A DNA stretch of 64,000 nucleotides from Phoronis australis (lineage: Eukaryota > Animalia > Phoronida): assembly GCA_002633005.1 (NCBI GenBank), contig NMRA01000261.1, forward strand, positions 513,215 through 577,214, written 5' to 3'. The notes below the pieces were generated by a model. It searched no databases. It was not told where the DNA came from and saw nothing but the letters and a program-made list of their open reading frames with translations. Below, one piece after another: positions 39,631 to 52,400 of the stretch. The first letter of the stretch is position 1; the number at the start of each line of letters is the position of its first letter. Both the position numbers and the translations under genes were made by a program.

Positions 39631-40273
39631 TGACAATATGACAGTGACTGAAACTTGACCGCCAGGCGCCAGGACAAAATGGTATCGCTGACAAAAGAAG
39701 AAACATGCTATAAAGAAAGCTCAATTACCAAAGAATATGATCAAGCAGAGAAGAGTTAAGAATATCAATGGCCTCCTAAGATGTCCCTCTGACTCTATGC
39801 GCAAAAGTACGTATGGATGACTTCGATCAGTGTGAGGCATAAGTATCTGAAAAGCTTCCAGCATGCGATTGCTGGGCCAGATGGGACGATGGTATTTGTT
39901 TATTCAAAAACTCGTAAGGGTGTCGACTAGTGCTGCCAGAGCAATGGTCGGATATAGCGGTTCCAGATACTGAGTTTCAGGCAAATCATTGACGATTGGG
40001 TGGTGCACCGGTGGACGAAATTGGTTTTCTAAATCCGGGACCGCTTGTAAAAGATCGAGAAATAAGCTGCGGTGGGAAAGATTCATCAGACTTCATCAGA
40101 GGATGGTAATGTACACCTACACATGTGTATTTTGCACAATAAAAAGTGTTATTAAGTTTGTTTGCTAACTGACAACATACCAGTTCCACCAGTTACAACG
40201 CGTGTACTCTACAGCCAGACTTTCAAGGAAGAAATATTACGCGACACCAGATGGCGCTTTGGACTTCCGTCCC

Positions 40274-41265
40274 AGTTCAAATCCCGTGGTTTCTGAAGAG
40301 TGTTTGTTTGCCCAGGTTTGTACGCTGTATATTCTATACTACAGTTTTCAACGCCAAAGAATCTTGGATATTGGTCCGAGTTAACCTAGCTGATGTTGAA
40401 ATTCATCTGTGTATGTATGACTGTTTCTCAGAAAAGGCATTGTTGTGAGTTGAACGCTGACGGTCGACGGCGACGGGAAAAAGTTATACTTCCTATACTA
40501 GGAGCGCCCCCTGGCTACCGATCTCAGCACCACCCCAGTGTCCTGAAATTTGCCCTCTTGTGTTGTGGTTACACCACCATCAGTACCGGGCCAACACCCT
40601 CTCCGACTCTATACACCGCTGTCATAGAGTTGGAGCAGTTACTATTGAAAAATTTGCCAACTCTGAGACAGACACTTATACTGGGGAACCCAATGTTCGT
40701 CCGCCTAAGCATAAAACCGACTTGCTGTTGTACTCACCGAATTATTCCACTTCAAAGTTATGATCTGAATAGGATTCGATTTAACTCTCACAGATATACC
40801 GCATTCATCGATTCGGAAGTTTTCTTTAATTTGTGCCGAGTTATTTCAAATNAGTTCAAATCCCGTGGTTTCTGAAGAGTGTTTGTTTGCCCAGGTTTGT
40901 ACGCTGTATATTCTATACTACAGTTTTCAACGCCAAAGAATCTTGGATATTGGTCCGAGTTAACCTAGCTGATGTTAAAATTCATCTGTGTATGTATGAC
41001 TGTTTCTCAGAAAAGGCATTGTTGTGAGTTGAACGCTGACGGTCGACGGCGACGGGAAAAAATTATACTTCCTATACTAGGAGCGCCCCCTGGCTACCGA
41101 TCTCAGCACCACCCCAGTGTCCTGAAATTTGCCCTCTTGTGTTGTGGTTACACCACCATCAGTACCGGGCCGACACCCTCTCCGACTCTATACACCGCTG
41201 TCTTAGAGTTGGAGCAGTTACTATTGAAAAATTTGCCAACTCTGAGAGTGAGACAGACACTTATA
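40274..41265. repeat. ~410-bp near-identical direct duplication across a single-N join (probable haplotype overlap)
   Basis: 40274-40680 versus 40853-41265 differ by a few SNPs and a 6-bp indel. N at 40852. Confidence 0.8.
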
Positions 41266-43094
41266 TAGTTATAGTGATACTTGAACGGCGGTTCTTGCGT
41301 GAGGTAGCGAGGACAGCATTCTTTAGCGAATCGCTTCTCGTATCTGTCACCGTGTTAAATTCGCGCACTACAGTCGGCAAAAAATCACTCAAAAATGTAA
41401 TAAATGTGAATAAAAATTATCACAAAGTATGAAATAATGCATTGTTTTACTTATCTGATAATATTTTTTTGTCGCAAAATTCGTTTAATAATACTTTGCA
41501 CAAGTTTTTTGCAGGGACGTGACCGATTTTTCGACAAAAGGGCTGCCGGTAAAAATGACTGCTATAATTTGGTTTTCAACCCAGGAGAATACTAAACTCG
41601 CGAATTTTTATGTGAAACTTAGTGAAAGAACAAAAGGGAGCCTTGCGAACATAATTATGTAAGTAGTTTTCACTTTCCTGCACTTAAAAGTTGAAAAAGT
41701 TGCCTGTTCCCGCGACCTTCAACTTCGATCTGAATTTATTGGTATATAGCATAATTTGCGAATGTAATGAACTGTATTCCGCACTAAAGGGTTCATTAAT
41801 GAACTATTTCAAACATTTGTTCTAAACGAACACTTCGTCAATTTCTGACAATCAGGCGAATTTCTGACTCACTTCGTAGTTCCGGGTAGGCCTACTGCCG
41901 CTAGGGGTTGTCCTGTGAATCGGGTTGAATGTTTGGTTTACAATACTGAAGCACTTCAACTTTTCCTGATGAAAACTCAATGTAAAAGAGAACTAAACAG
42001 TCATTTCTCGTAGTGAGAACAATGATTCTTATATTTAAGTTTTTTTCCTATTTTGCTTCATATTTTTGTTGGTCAAGCCACTGATAGACTTGGGTTGGCT
42101 TGTTGCCAGAGAGGTCCACACCCATCTTGCCTTATTGGTCATGACATTTTATTCAGAATATGTCAAGATAGAAAATGAAAATATTTGAATTTTAGATTCA
42201 ACAAATATTACAAATATACAGTTCTACTGCAGTCCTGTGTTTCCAAGACTTTGTGGTCCACTACTATGAAACATACGCGGCTTTCGATAAACTTTTTTTC
42301 TGACGACGGGCCAGTATATATAGTTTTTAACAGAACAAGTGAGGTTTGTCTAGATTGTTCATAAATCTCACCCTGATCTATATCCTCCAGGTAAGCTTTG
42401 TTGGAAGTTGCTGTGGACCAAACCACTTGTTATTTTCTTCATTATTTTTGTTCTTATAATTTCACTCCTATTTATCAGTTTCTATCGATCATCATCATGT
42501 CTCACATTTCTTTCTCACCAGACTCTGCTTCTAGCTCTTAGTCCAGATCCTTCTACTTTCCTGCTTTTACTGATTCTACTTACATTTTATCAGTTATTAA
42601 GTTGGACATGATCTCATGGACACACGGTCAAAGCCTCCTTCACTTTGGCTCTCCCCTCCACCTATCAGGCGGTGCTTTTCAGCTCCTGATGCTGTTGAGG
42701 AGTCCGCGAAGAAGTATCATATGCCAACACCACCTCTTAAGACACTGTCCGACAAATTCTGGCATGACCCATCTAGCTATTTCTTTTTTCTTTTCACAAC
42801 CTTTTAGTTTAATAGTATTATGTCACCTTTGTTAAAATGTTGTGCATAATTTCCAAGTAGGGTAACATTTTCGCATAACACTGTTCAAATAATTCTTGTA
42901 TGCCATAGCAACAAATCATTTATGAATTATAGTATTCTTTCGGGTCCTCAGATATCTGTCTTGGTTTAATATCCATTACAACGAAGATGAGGCTATCTAC
43001 TCCTTTCGGCTGATTGATGACTTTGGTCAAAGGGACTTCGAAGTGCTGGAATAACTCAATGTTGCATATAGATACTCCAATGACTTACGATAGA

Positions 43095-43365
43095 AAGGGT
43101 TTGGCCCCCCTTCCTTAAGGACGCCACAAGTCTGTGNCGACCTGCAGCTCGTTATGTCGAGCCCTGCCCCCTTTCCTTGAGGATGCCACAAGTCTCTACG
43201 GTACTCCGCTGACATACAGTAGTCAGGTGAAAGGGTTGGGCTCCCTTCCTTGAGGATACCACAAGTCTGTGTAAGGAACTCCACTGAACGTCTGTTTACT
43301 GGAAGGTACTCCACTGTCAATTGTCACTGAAGTAGTTTGGCCCCACCTTCCTTGAGGATGCCTTG
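43095..43365. repeat. Diverged tandem repeat (CCTTCCTTGAGGATGCCACAAGTCT core, ~4 copies)
   Basis: The core recurs at ~43109, 43172, 43244 and 43346. Confidence 0.65.
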
Positions 43366-46300
43366 AGAACTTATTTATCTGTCCATCATATATTCTTTTT
43401 TGTGTTCATATCACTTGAGACTATTTTAGGATTATGAGTATTGCAGTTGTTGGTTTTATAGCATGAACATTCCTGGATGGCTCAAGACAGGGTCTTCATT
43501 TTATTACATTGTTGTGGAAAGTTTGTGTAGAAGTTTTATTTATTATGTGTCTTTCAGAAGCTTGTATTAAAATTTTCTATTTATCATACTTGTCATCAAT
43601 ACATTTTTGAAATGATGTTTGTTTATCCTTAATTTTTATGTAATGTAATTGATTTTGACAAAGTTAAGCCGGTTAGAAACTGCATGATTATTAAAACAAT
43701 GTCACAAATAATATCAATAATTTGCTCAATCATCAAATTTCAACTTTCCTGATGAAAAATCTTTAAAATGATACCTTATTTTACTTTTGTCTTGGAGTAA
43801 TTGTTATTTTATGAAAATTCGAAATCGCACAATTGTACGTAGTGACTTCTCTTTGTCGACTGTGTTGACTTTAAGGTCAATATCTTCGCACAGGAACGTC
43901 TAATTAAAATGGTTTGTTGGCAAATTATTCATCATAAAAAGTTCTTTAAAATGATGTATTACATGTCAATCTATGTTTCTTAGTTTTGAAATCGTAATAT
44001 TTTGAACTCGCAGATTCGATTTGACAGAATTTTTACCAAAAATTTTGATACGAAAATGACATTTTCTCCGGAACCATAAGTCCAATTTAAAAAAATTTTG
44101 TATTGTTATTTTAGTCACGAAAAGAGCTTTCTAATGATGTATATTACACATTTTCTAAAATTTTTGAAAAATTTTGTTCTCCCTATGTGAGGGTCCAGTG
44201 TCCAAAGCCAAGAGGCCCCTCAAGCTGGCTGCCTGGATACGGCATTACACTTACAGGCCGATGGAAATGCCTAACATGGAAATCGTGTGATACAACACTC
44301 TTTCCCCTTTTGCAGAACAGGCATGCCTCCTGGATACAGGTCTCAGCAACTCCCTTGCATCTTGGAGTTTGCCCCCAGTCTTATTTGCCAGTGTCCTGGA
44401 ATTTGCCCTAAGCAATGCTTTCCTTATGTCCTGGATCCACCTCCATTAGGCCGACACCCTCTCTATCCACCACTCGGAACAATCATATACATCTCAGGGT
44501 TTTCATGGGACTCACCTTAGGTAACAATGTTGAAAAATCTTTTGACGTAGATACTTGAACTGGGAGCCGGTGTTACTGTACAGTTGAGTGTCCAAAGCGT
44601 TGGGCAAGCGACTAAGAAAGTCTTTATTTGACTGTCATGCCCAGAAGTCACGTAATAACCAACAAAATATAGCTTTCGAGCATGTACAATTCTTCTTCAT
44701 GTGAATAAAGAGACAATGGAGACTACAGACGGGACATGTGGAAATAAAATAGAGCTGAGTGGAAAAAAAGGAAATGGAAATTAGTTTCGTACCCCATGTC
44801 CCTATTGAGACCATTGCATTTGATATCAAATCTCAAAATGAGGGAAGCTCACACTTAACATATATGGAGAGATCACACCTCAAAGCACAACGAGTGAGGT
44901 CCTTTATGGTGTTGTTGGGTGATTGAAAGGCTCGTGGTCTGGTTTACATCACTGTCTTTAGAGGCATGCAGTATCCCATCTCCAATAGTTGTAAAGCATG
45001 TGGTGGTTTAGACTGCCTCCGTCTCTACTACCATCGGGTCTTCATAAGCCGGAAGCTTTTTGGCGAATTATGCCTTACACTTATTAAACCATCAAAATCA
45101 TGTTGCTGTAGGGTACCTTTTGCTCATAGATGGACACCTTTGGAGGCCGTTGATGTCTACTTCCTTCCAACTTGAACAAACTTGTTTTTTGAGCAGTCCT
45201 TCCTTCAGTTGCCCAAATTGGCAATGGGCCATTTTTATACTGCCTGCACCAGGGGATACGACAGGTATGTAGAGACAATGGCATTGTACTTAGCAGTAGA
45301 GACGGTAGCACTATCTAGCGGCAGATCTGACTTTTCAATGGTTCATTTGTTTAGTCATTTGTTCTATGACAATTCTTTTGATTTTGTTGTAGTTTCCGTA
45401 ATGGATGAAAAGTCTCGGTTTCATCTCCATGGCTTCGCAAGTGTGTTTCTAAATGATGACATAATGCCACAGTAAGTAATTCATGTACTTGTCACAGTAG
45501 TACTGGTGTACACTGTGGGTGAACATTTTAAACCTCGTATAATCCACTGTGGCGTAAACTGTTGTTTTGGATGCTTGACTCTGTATGATGCTCTTGTTAT
45601 AAACATAATGAACCCAACCTGCATGGAGAATTGATAATAAAGACTCTGGACAATCATCTGGTTTTTTACCCACAATTTCACCAAGACAATGGAATTAGAT
45701 TTTCCCATGCAAGACTTCGGAGAATATGGCTGGTGTGGCCCTGTAAAGCATGTCCCTGATGATAGTACAGATAAGCTGTCAAACAAATTTACTATTCATT
45801 ATTTTGGTCTTGCTCAAGAAAGTGATGGATTATCCAAGGTATAGTGTGTTTGGAAAGCTAGGAATGTGTTGGACTGGTATCGAGTATCAATTACTGAATT
45901 TTCCCATGTGAAATCTCACCAATGTGGAATACAATATGGTCGACAAGTGAAATTTCTCATTTTGTACGAAACAATTGTTGCACCAAATTATATGCTTTTC
46001 CATGATCAAGTTTTGTATTGCAGCTATAACCAGACAAAGTTTTGGAAAATTGTGAACATTCACTACAGTGTTAGAAGCCTTTAAAAATAAAAAAGGACAA
46101 TTTTGGCATTTGTTTTTGTCCGACATTGGTGAAATTTTACTGTTCTTAACAAAATGCATTATCCTTATGATTTCGCATTGTTTTTCATATTCATCACAGG
46201 TGAACCAGCCTTGACAAAATCCAAGCTTGCTATCTCAATTGTTAAAGCAGGTCGTTGAGAACTCTGTTTAATGTAAAGGAAATAGGGCTTTGAGCTGGAG

Positions 46301-46461
46301 AACTCAGAACATTCACATGTCTCTAGTACTCCAAGCTTATTTGGTCAAGGCATTTGAAGGTCATATCATGTTGATACCTAGTTGAGACTCAAAATAGTCA
46401 TCTCTGATGAATTGTTTCAAAATCACTTTTTCTAATCTTTAGGCCGGAAGCGGCAAATGGC

Positions 46462-49400
46462 ATGCATGGGAAAGCTGACAAAAATATTGGTGAGTTAAGA
46501 ACAGTCCCAGATAGGACATCCAGCGCGCGCCACTCTGCCCTTGAACGTCTCCAAAATCTTAGGAAGAAAAAGAAAGCACGCGACGCCAGTGAAGGTGTTT
46601 CAAGCAACTGCCACAAGGATTGTTTTGACTATTCAGATGTCATTTGTTTACCAAGTTTAAAAGAGCGCATCAAGAAGAAGAATGCCAAGTTGACTGTGGG
46701 AGTATTGGATAGTGACACAAACAAAAATGCATCAGGACATTCAGTCCCTTCCAGCAGCAGTCCCTCCTTGTCCACTGTAACTAGTAATAGCAGTTTTCCT
46801 TCAGATGGTAGAGGGCAGCACTGTGAACAGTATACAGATTCATATGATGATGATTTTACCTTCCCCGTTTCTCCGAGTAGAGACAGAGATTCTTCGCAGC
46901 ACCTGAGTTCGTTTACGAGACCTATCCTCCATTCGAGTGAATCGGCATGTGTGCAATCAGTATCTAACAGTGATAGCTTTTCATTTCCTATCAACGTTAA
47001 AAGAGTTACACATGGCCGAAAGAGATCACATTCTTCAGGCAAACGCAGTAGTTATGGATCCCTTGGAAGTAGTGAGCCCTATAGTGTTGAGTTACCTGCA
47101 GGGGTTAAACAGGTGTCCTCAACTGCCCCCGCTCCTTCTGTCAGGTTGAGAAACAACTCCTCCAAAACTGGGACTTCCGAACTGGCCTTCAACAGAGTGC
47201 AGCCAATGGATTGTTTCACTTCAAAACAGAAAAAAATTAAAGAGAAATCCAAGTGTAATAAATTATTAAAAAAAGGACTGTCATCTCCCAATGATTTTCC
47301 CATGCGACATCATTCCAAAAGGCAAAGACATGCATCTTCTGAGGGTAAGTATTTCTAGATTACGGACCTGTTGTCTTGCTTGAGATGTATGCATTGCTGT
47401 GTTTATATAGCCATATCCCAAAGTACCACCACGCCATTCCTATTCTTTGTTCATTATGAAATTTCACACCAAAATATTGCGATTACACTTTTTTCTTAAG
47501 GCAAATAATAAAGAAATTACTGTTGTCAGCAACACAACACAAACCATGCTAAGAATGGTGTAGAATTCTCTTTAGTGATTTTTTTGTTGAGGAAATTTTG
47601 AAAATAAAGTTCCACTTGTTCGTCATATTTTGTATACCCGAAACATATGAGTTAATGCCCTGGGCACTTAAATTCGTGAGTCTGGAAATTTGAGGGGTGG
47701 GCACTTATCCCGGAGGTGGGCACTTAAATTAGAAAAGTCAAGAAATTGGGAGTTGGTGCACAGCCAAACATGAGCGCTTAGACAATTGAATTGGCCACCT
47801 TTGACCATCGAAATTGAAGTTCACAGATCTGAAATTCAAAGAACTTACCACAAATGCAATTGCTGCTGCCAAAGATAAATCGACACTTTCTGACTCTAGC
47901 CATATGCAACTTGAAATAGAAAATTTAGTACTTTGAAACAAAAAGGCCCAAGTTCTAAGATTGTCTTCCACATGAATGTCATCAAAGTCACTGAAGTTTG
48001 ATAAATCTAAAAGCATGCTCCTTCCTTTTTATTCAGAGTTGAAATTTTTATACTCAAACAATTGAAAAACTTCCTACCAAGAATTTTTGTAAGGTGTTGT
48101 ATGCCCTCGCCAAGTAAAGTAGTGTTATGCAGGAATGATGCTGTGGAAATTTCACAAGGATAAAATCTTGTGTGTTATATTAGTTACTTGTTCAATAATT
48201 AGTTTTGCACGAAATAAAAAGCCTTGAAATACTTCGACTTTGTGCGGATTTCCATTATGGGGCAATTTGAGTTTGCTCTTTTGGCACTGAATACGTGCCA
48301 TATATAGAAAAAAATAGGTTAGCCACAAAATATCACGGAACCTCAGCATGCCTCAGTCACTTCAGCTTAGCAGTTAAACGAGGCCAGATTGGGCTCTTAA
48401 AACTGGGAGAAAAGTATGGTTCCTTTGAAAAATAAATTTATTGTAGCATAGAATGAGTGACTATAGCTGACCATTATCCTGGAATGTGACAATGTCATTA
48501 ACAAATGAATGCACTGCAGAAGATACAATGTCTCCTGCAATGACTAACTCCCTCCGCTAGTCTAAGTAGTGGGTGCCTAATTGGAAGTTCTCAAAAGTAG
48601 AGTGTGGCCACTTACTTGAGCCTCAGATTAGTCTATCTGAGCTTGAGCATGGGTGGCAATAACCCAAATGTTTATTTAAGTAATTATTCAGTATAAAGAG
48701 TTGCTATAAAATGGTTTTTTGTCAAGGATGAACTGTTAGAGCGAAATCGTCAACTGAATTCCATGTGCGTAGCTCTAGGGAATGCGTTACAACACCTGTG
48801 TCAAGTTTGTAAACATGTCTTCTTGTATTTTGCAGATGATATCTTTATTCTTAATGAGATCCCAGCTGTCAATCATTCAGATGTGGAGTCTGATGAGGCG
48901 CTTGCCAGACATCTTCAGGTGACGTCTACGTCTACGTCTTGTTTCAAATAACTCTTACACACAGAAGTTCATAATAAAACACACTAGAGCACGTTTCAAT
49001 TCTGACGAAGTCTCAACAAAAACCTTGACAATTGTTCCTCCACACACTTTGTTGAAGTCCTTTTTCAAATAAACAATTAGTGACTAGGGACTATAATGTT
49101 ACAAAACCTCTCAAAGATCAAAATTGCCATTTTATTGAAACAAATATTTGACTTTATGTACCAACTGGGAAGAAGTTCGTCTAAATTTGACAGTCTGACA
49201 GAATTCTATCAAAGTGTGTCTAGTTTATTTTGTAAACCACTGACAGTATAATTGTTTTTGGTCTGCATTTAATTGAGAATTGATGCGGTGATGCAATATT
49301 TTGGGTGTAATTTTTGTTCAAAAAAGTCACCTGATATGAGCTGAATTGGTGTGTGTGGGGGGGGGGAGGAGTGGGGTGGTGACCACAAGTCTAAAAAAAA

Positions 49401-52400
49401 CCGCACCACTTGATTCTGGAAACCCGTTCAAAAATCAATAATTTGTCCCCAAGTTGCCAAGCCACCTTGTTAAAAATCCACGTAAGATAATTATGTTTGT
49501 TTAGCTTTTGAAAAATCAACCTCACTTAATTTATGCGGGCAAGTGCAGGCTTCAAAATGAGTTGTGTGCAGACTTGAACTGATTTTGCTTGTTCCTATTT
49601 TTGATTGGTCTATTGAGGGATTCTCAGACCTCTTTAAAGATGTATTTGCATGCTCCTAACTATGCTGATGTTTGGCAGGAACTAAACCACAATGTTTTTT
49701 GAACATCATCTACGCTAAACAAAATGCAGTTTGTTGCAAATGTGAAAACAAAAAATTCTGCAATTTGTAACTTTTGTATTTAATGACGTATCGTGGGGGC
49801 TTACAAAGCCCGCATCATGCAGTGTTACTCCCCAACACTACCTCATGTAACTTACGGGACACGGTTTAGGGATTTACGGCATATCATTTTCGACACAAAA
49901 CTCGTTCTTAAATTATTTGGCAATTTTCAACATACTTCATATTCACGTCGTCGCGAAATATTGTGTTTTTAACTAATTTGACCAAGCAATCACGGAGATA
50001 ATGAATTAGCCTTCAAGTTCCACTTTAACCCGCATCATTGTCTCATGTTTTTAGGAGGAAATGGATCAGGAGTTTGCAGCTGCATTAGCCAATGAAATGT
50101 CATCACAAGCTGCCTTAGCCAATGAAATGTCACCACAAGCTGTCTTAGCCTATGAAATTTCAACACAAGCTGCATTAGCCAATGGAGTTTCAACAGCTAT
50201 ACAGTCACCATTAATGAACAGTGTGGTAGTAAGTAATGGACAGTCATACTGTGTGTGACAGAAGGCTGTAAACAAAGAAATTATTATTTACTTTTTCTAG
50301 CTTTTAACTTTACATGATGATCACTGCGTTCCTACTTGTATGTTCATAATATGTGGACGACTCCAAATGTCAGCCAAACTGCTTTCCTTGATCTCAATTT
50401 CAAGGTCTCTGCCAGAAAATAATGTTGAAGTTACATCATGTCACAGTTTGTGAAAGTTGATTTTTATGCGCCCACTTATTTATATGTGGACGCATTATGC
50501 TGTCATCTCTGTCCGTCTGTCTGTCCTGCTTCCGGCGTCTGTCCAGCGTCCGTCCGGCGTCCGTTGCTCTATCTCCAAAACCCTTTGACATACGTTCATG
50601 AAATTTGGCACATATGTTCCATTCATGAATGGGATGGCATGAGCGAACTTTGGGACGGATCCGACTACCGGTGTGCTCCCTAGTGGCAATTTTAGTTTTT
50701 TACGCTTACCTTTGTATTTTCAAAAGTCTTGAACGGATTTTCTTGAAATTTGGATATTAATGTTGGCACCTATTAGTGAGATGACGCTATCCTCTTGTTT
50801 TAGGATGGATTCGACGTAGTTTGCACCACTTAGTGGCCATTTTTACTGTTTTCGAGTCTGTTTTTTTGCGTCCACCCCTCTATCAACCACACCGCTCAAA
50901 GGATGATTGTGAAAATTGGCATGTATGTGTTTACTATGAAGAGGACGGTTGATGATGATTTTCTGACGATTTTGAGTACTGTGGTGCCTCCTAGTGGCAG
51001 TTTTTTTTTGCGCCTATGGCTGTATCTCCTAGACCGTTGGCAGGATCTTTACAAAATTTAGTAAGTATATTTATATGATGTTAACAACGGACGACGACGA
51101 TTTTTTCTTTTTGGACATATCCGACTACCGGTGTGCCCCCTAGTGGCAATTTTTTTTACGTTTACCTTTGTATCTTCAAAAGTCCTGAATGGGTTTTCAT
51201 GAAATTTATTATGTAGGCACCTGTTAGTGAGATGACGCTATCCTCCTGTTTTTGGATAGATTCGTTGTAGTTTGCGCCACCTAGTGGCCATTTTTACTGT
51301 TTTCGGGTCTGTTTTTTGCGTCCACCCCTCTATCAACAAACCGCTCAAAGGATGATTGTGAAAATTGGCATGTATGTGCTTACTATAAAGAGGACGGTTG
51401 ATGATGATTTTCCGATGATTTCAACTACTGTGGTGCCTCCTAGTGGCAATTTTAGTTTTTTGTGTTTAACGCAGTATCTTCAAAGGTCCTCAACAGATTT
51501 TCATAAAATTTTAAATATAGGCATCTATTGGTGTGATGACGCTATCTTTCTGTTTTTGGATGGAATCGAGGTATTTTGCACCACCTTGTGGCCATTTTTG
51601 CTGTTTTCAAATCTTATTTTTGGTGTCCACCCCTGTATCAACCAAATCATTTGAAAATTGGCATATAATAGTAATGTTCTCTGTGTGAAGACGACCTTTG
51701 ATGATGGTGACTGATTACTGTGGTGCTTCCTAGTGGTAGTTTTGTTTTGCTCCCATAGTTGTATCTCTTAAACCCACTGCAGGATCTTTACTAAATTTAG
51801 TAAGTGTATTTATTTGAAGATAACAACAGACGACGACGGACACTGTGCCCTCTAGTGGCAATTTCATTTTATTCTGTTTTCCTTTGTTTCGTTGAAGTTC
51901 CTTGACAGATTTTTATGAAATATGTCATGTTCCTGTGTTTGGATGGATTGTATGTTTTTGCGTCATCTAGTGGCCATTTTTATGATACAAATAAATAACC
52001 CTAAAAGCACACCATTTGCAATGCATTAGTGGGCGCATTTCAACGCTCTGCGATGCTCTTGTTAAAGTAAATTTTTTATTGCAAAGATATTTGTCTTGCT
52101 TATCTTTACCCAAAAAATCACATGCAACTGCATCCTTAAAAGTGCGTGCATCTTGAGGTGGCGAGGGACAGTTTGATCTCACTGAATCAAGTTGTTCATC
52201 TAAGACTCTCCCATAATGCTAACTTAATGTGATTACAAGAATTGCCAGAATGTATGTTTGTCTCTAACAGGGCCGTAGACACCGCACTGGGAGTAGTAGT
52301 CGATGGTCAGTAAGAGACAGGCGATCACGTAGAGGTTAGTGTTGTTGTGTCTCAGATTTGGTTAGGACGTTAGATCATTGACAATAGTTGTGTGTACCTC

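Noticed and set aside
40393-41432. Duplicated 98-160 aa ORFs as paralogous genes
   Set aside because: No recognisable domain, and they lie in a repeat duplicated across an N join.
46200-46250. Upstream coding exon of the RING gene
   Set aside because: It has plausible AG/GT ends, but its open frame is out of phase with the main ORF. At most it is 5'UTR.
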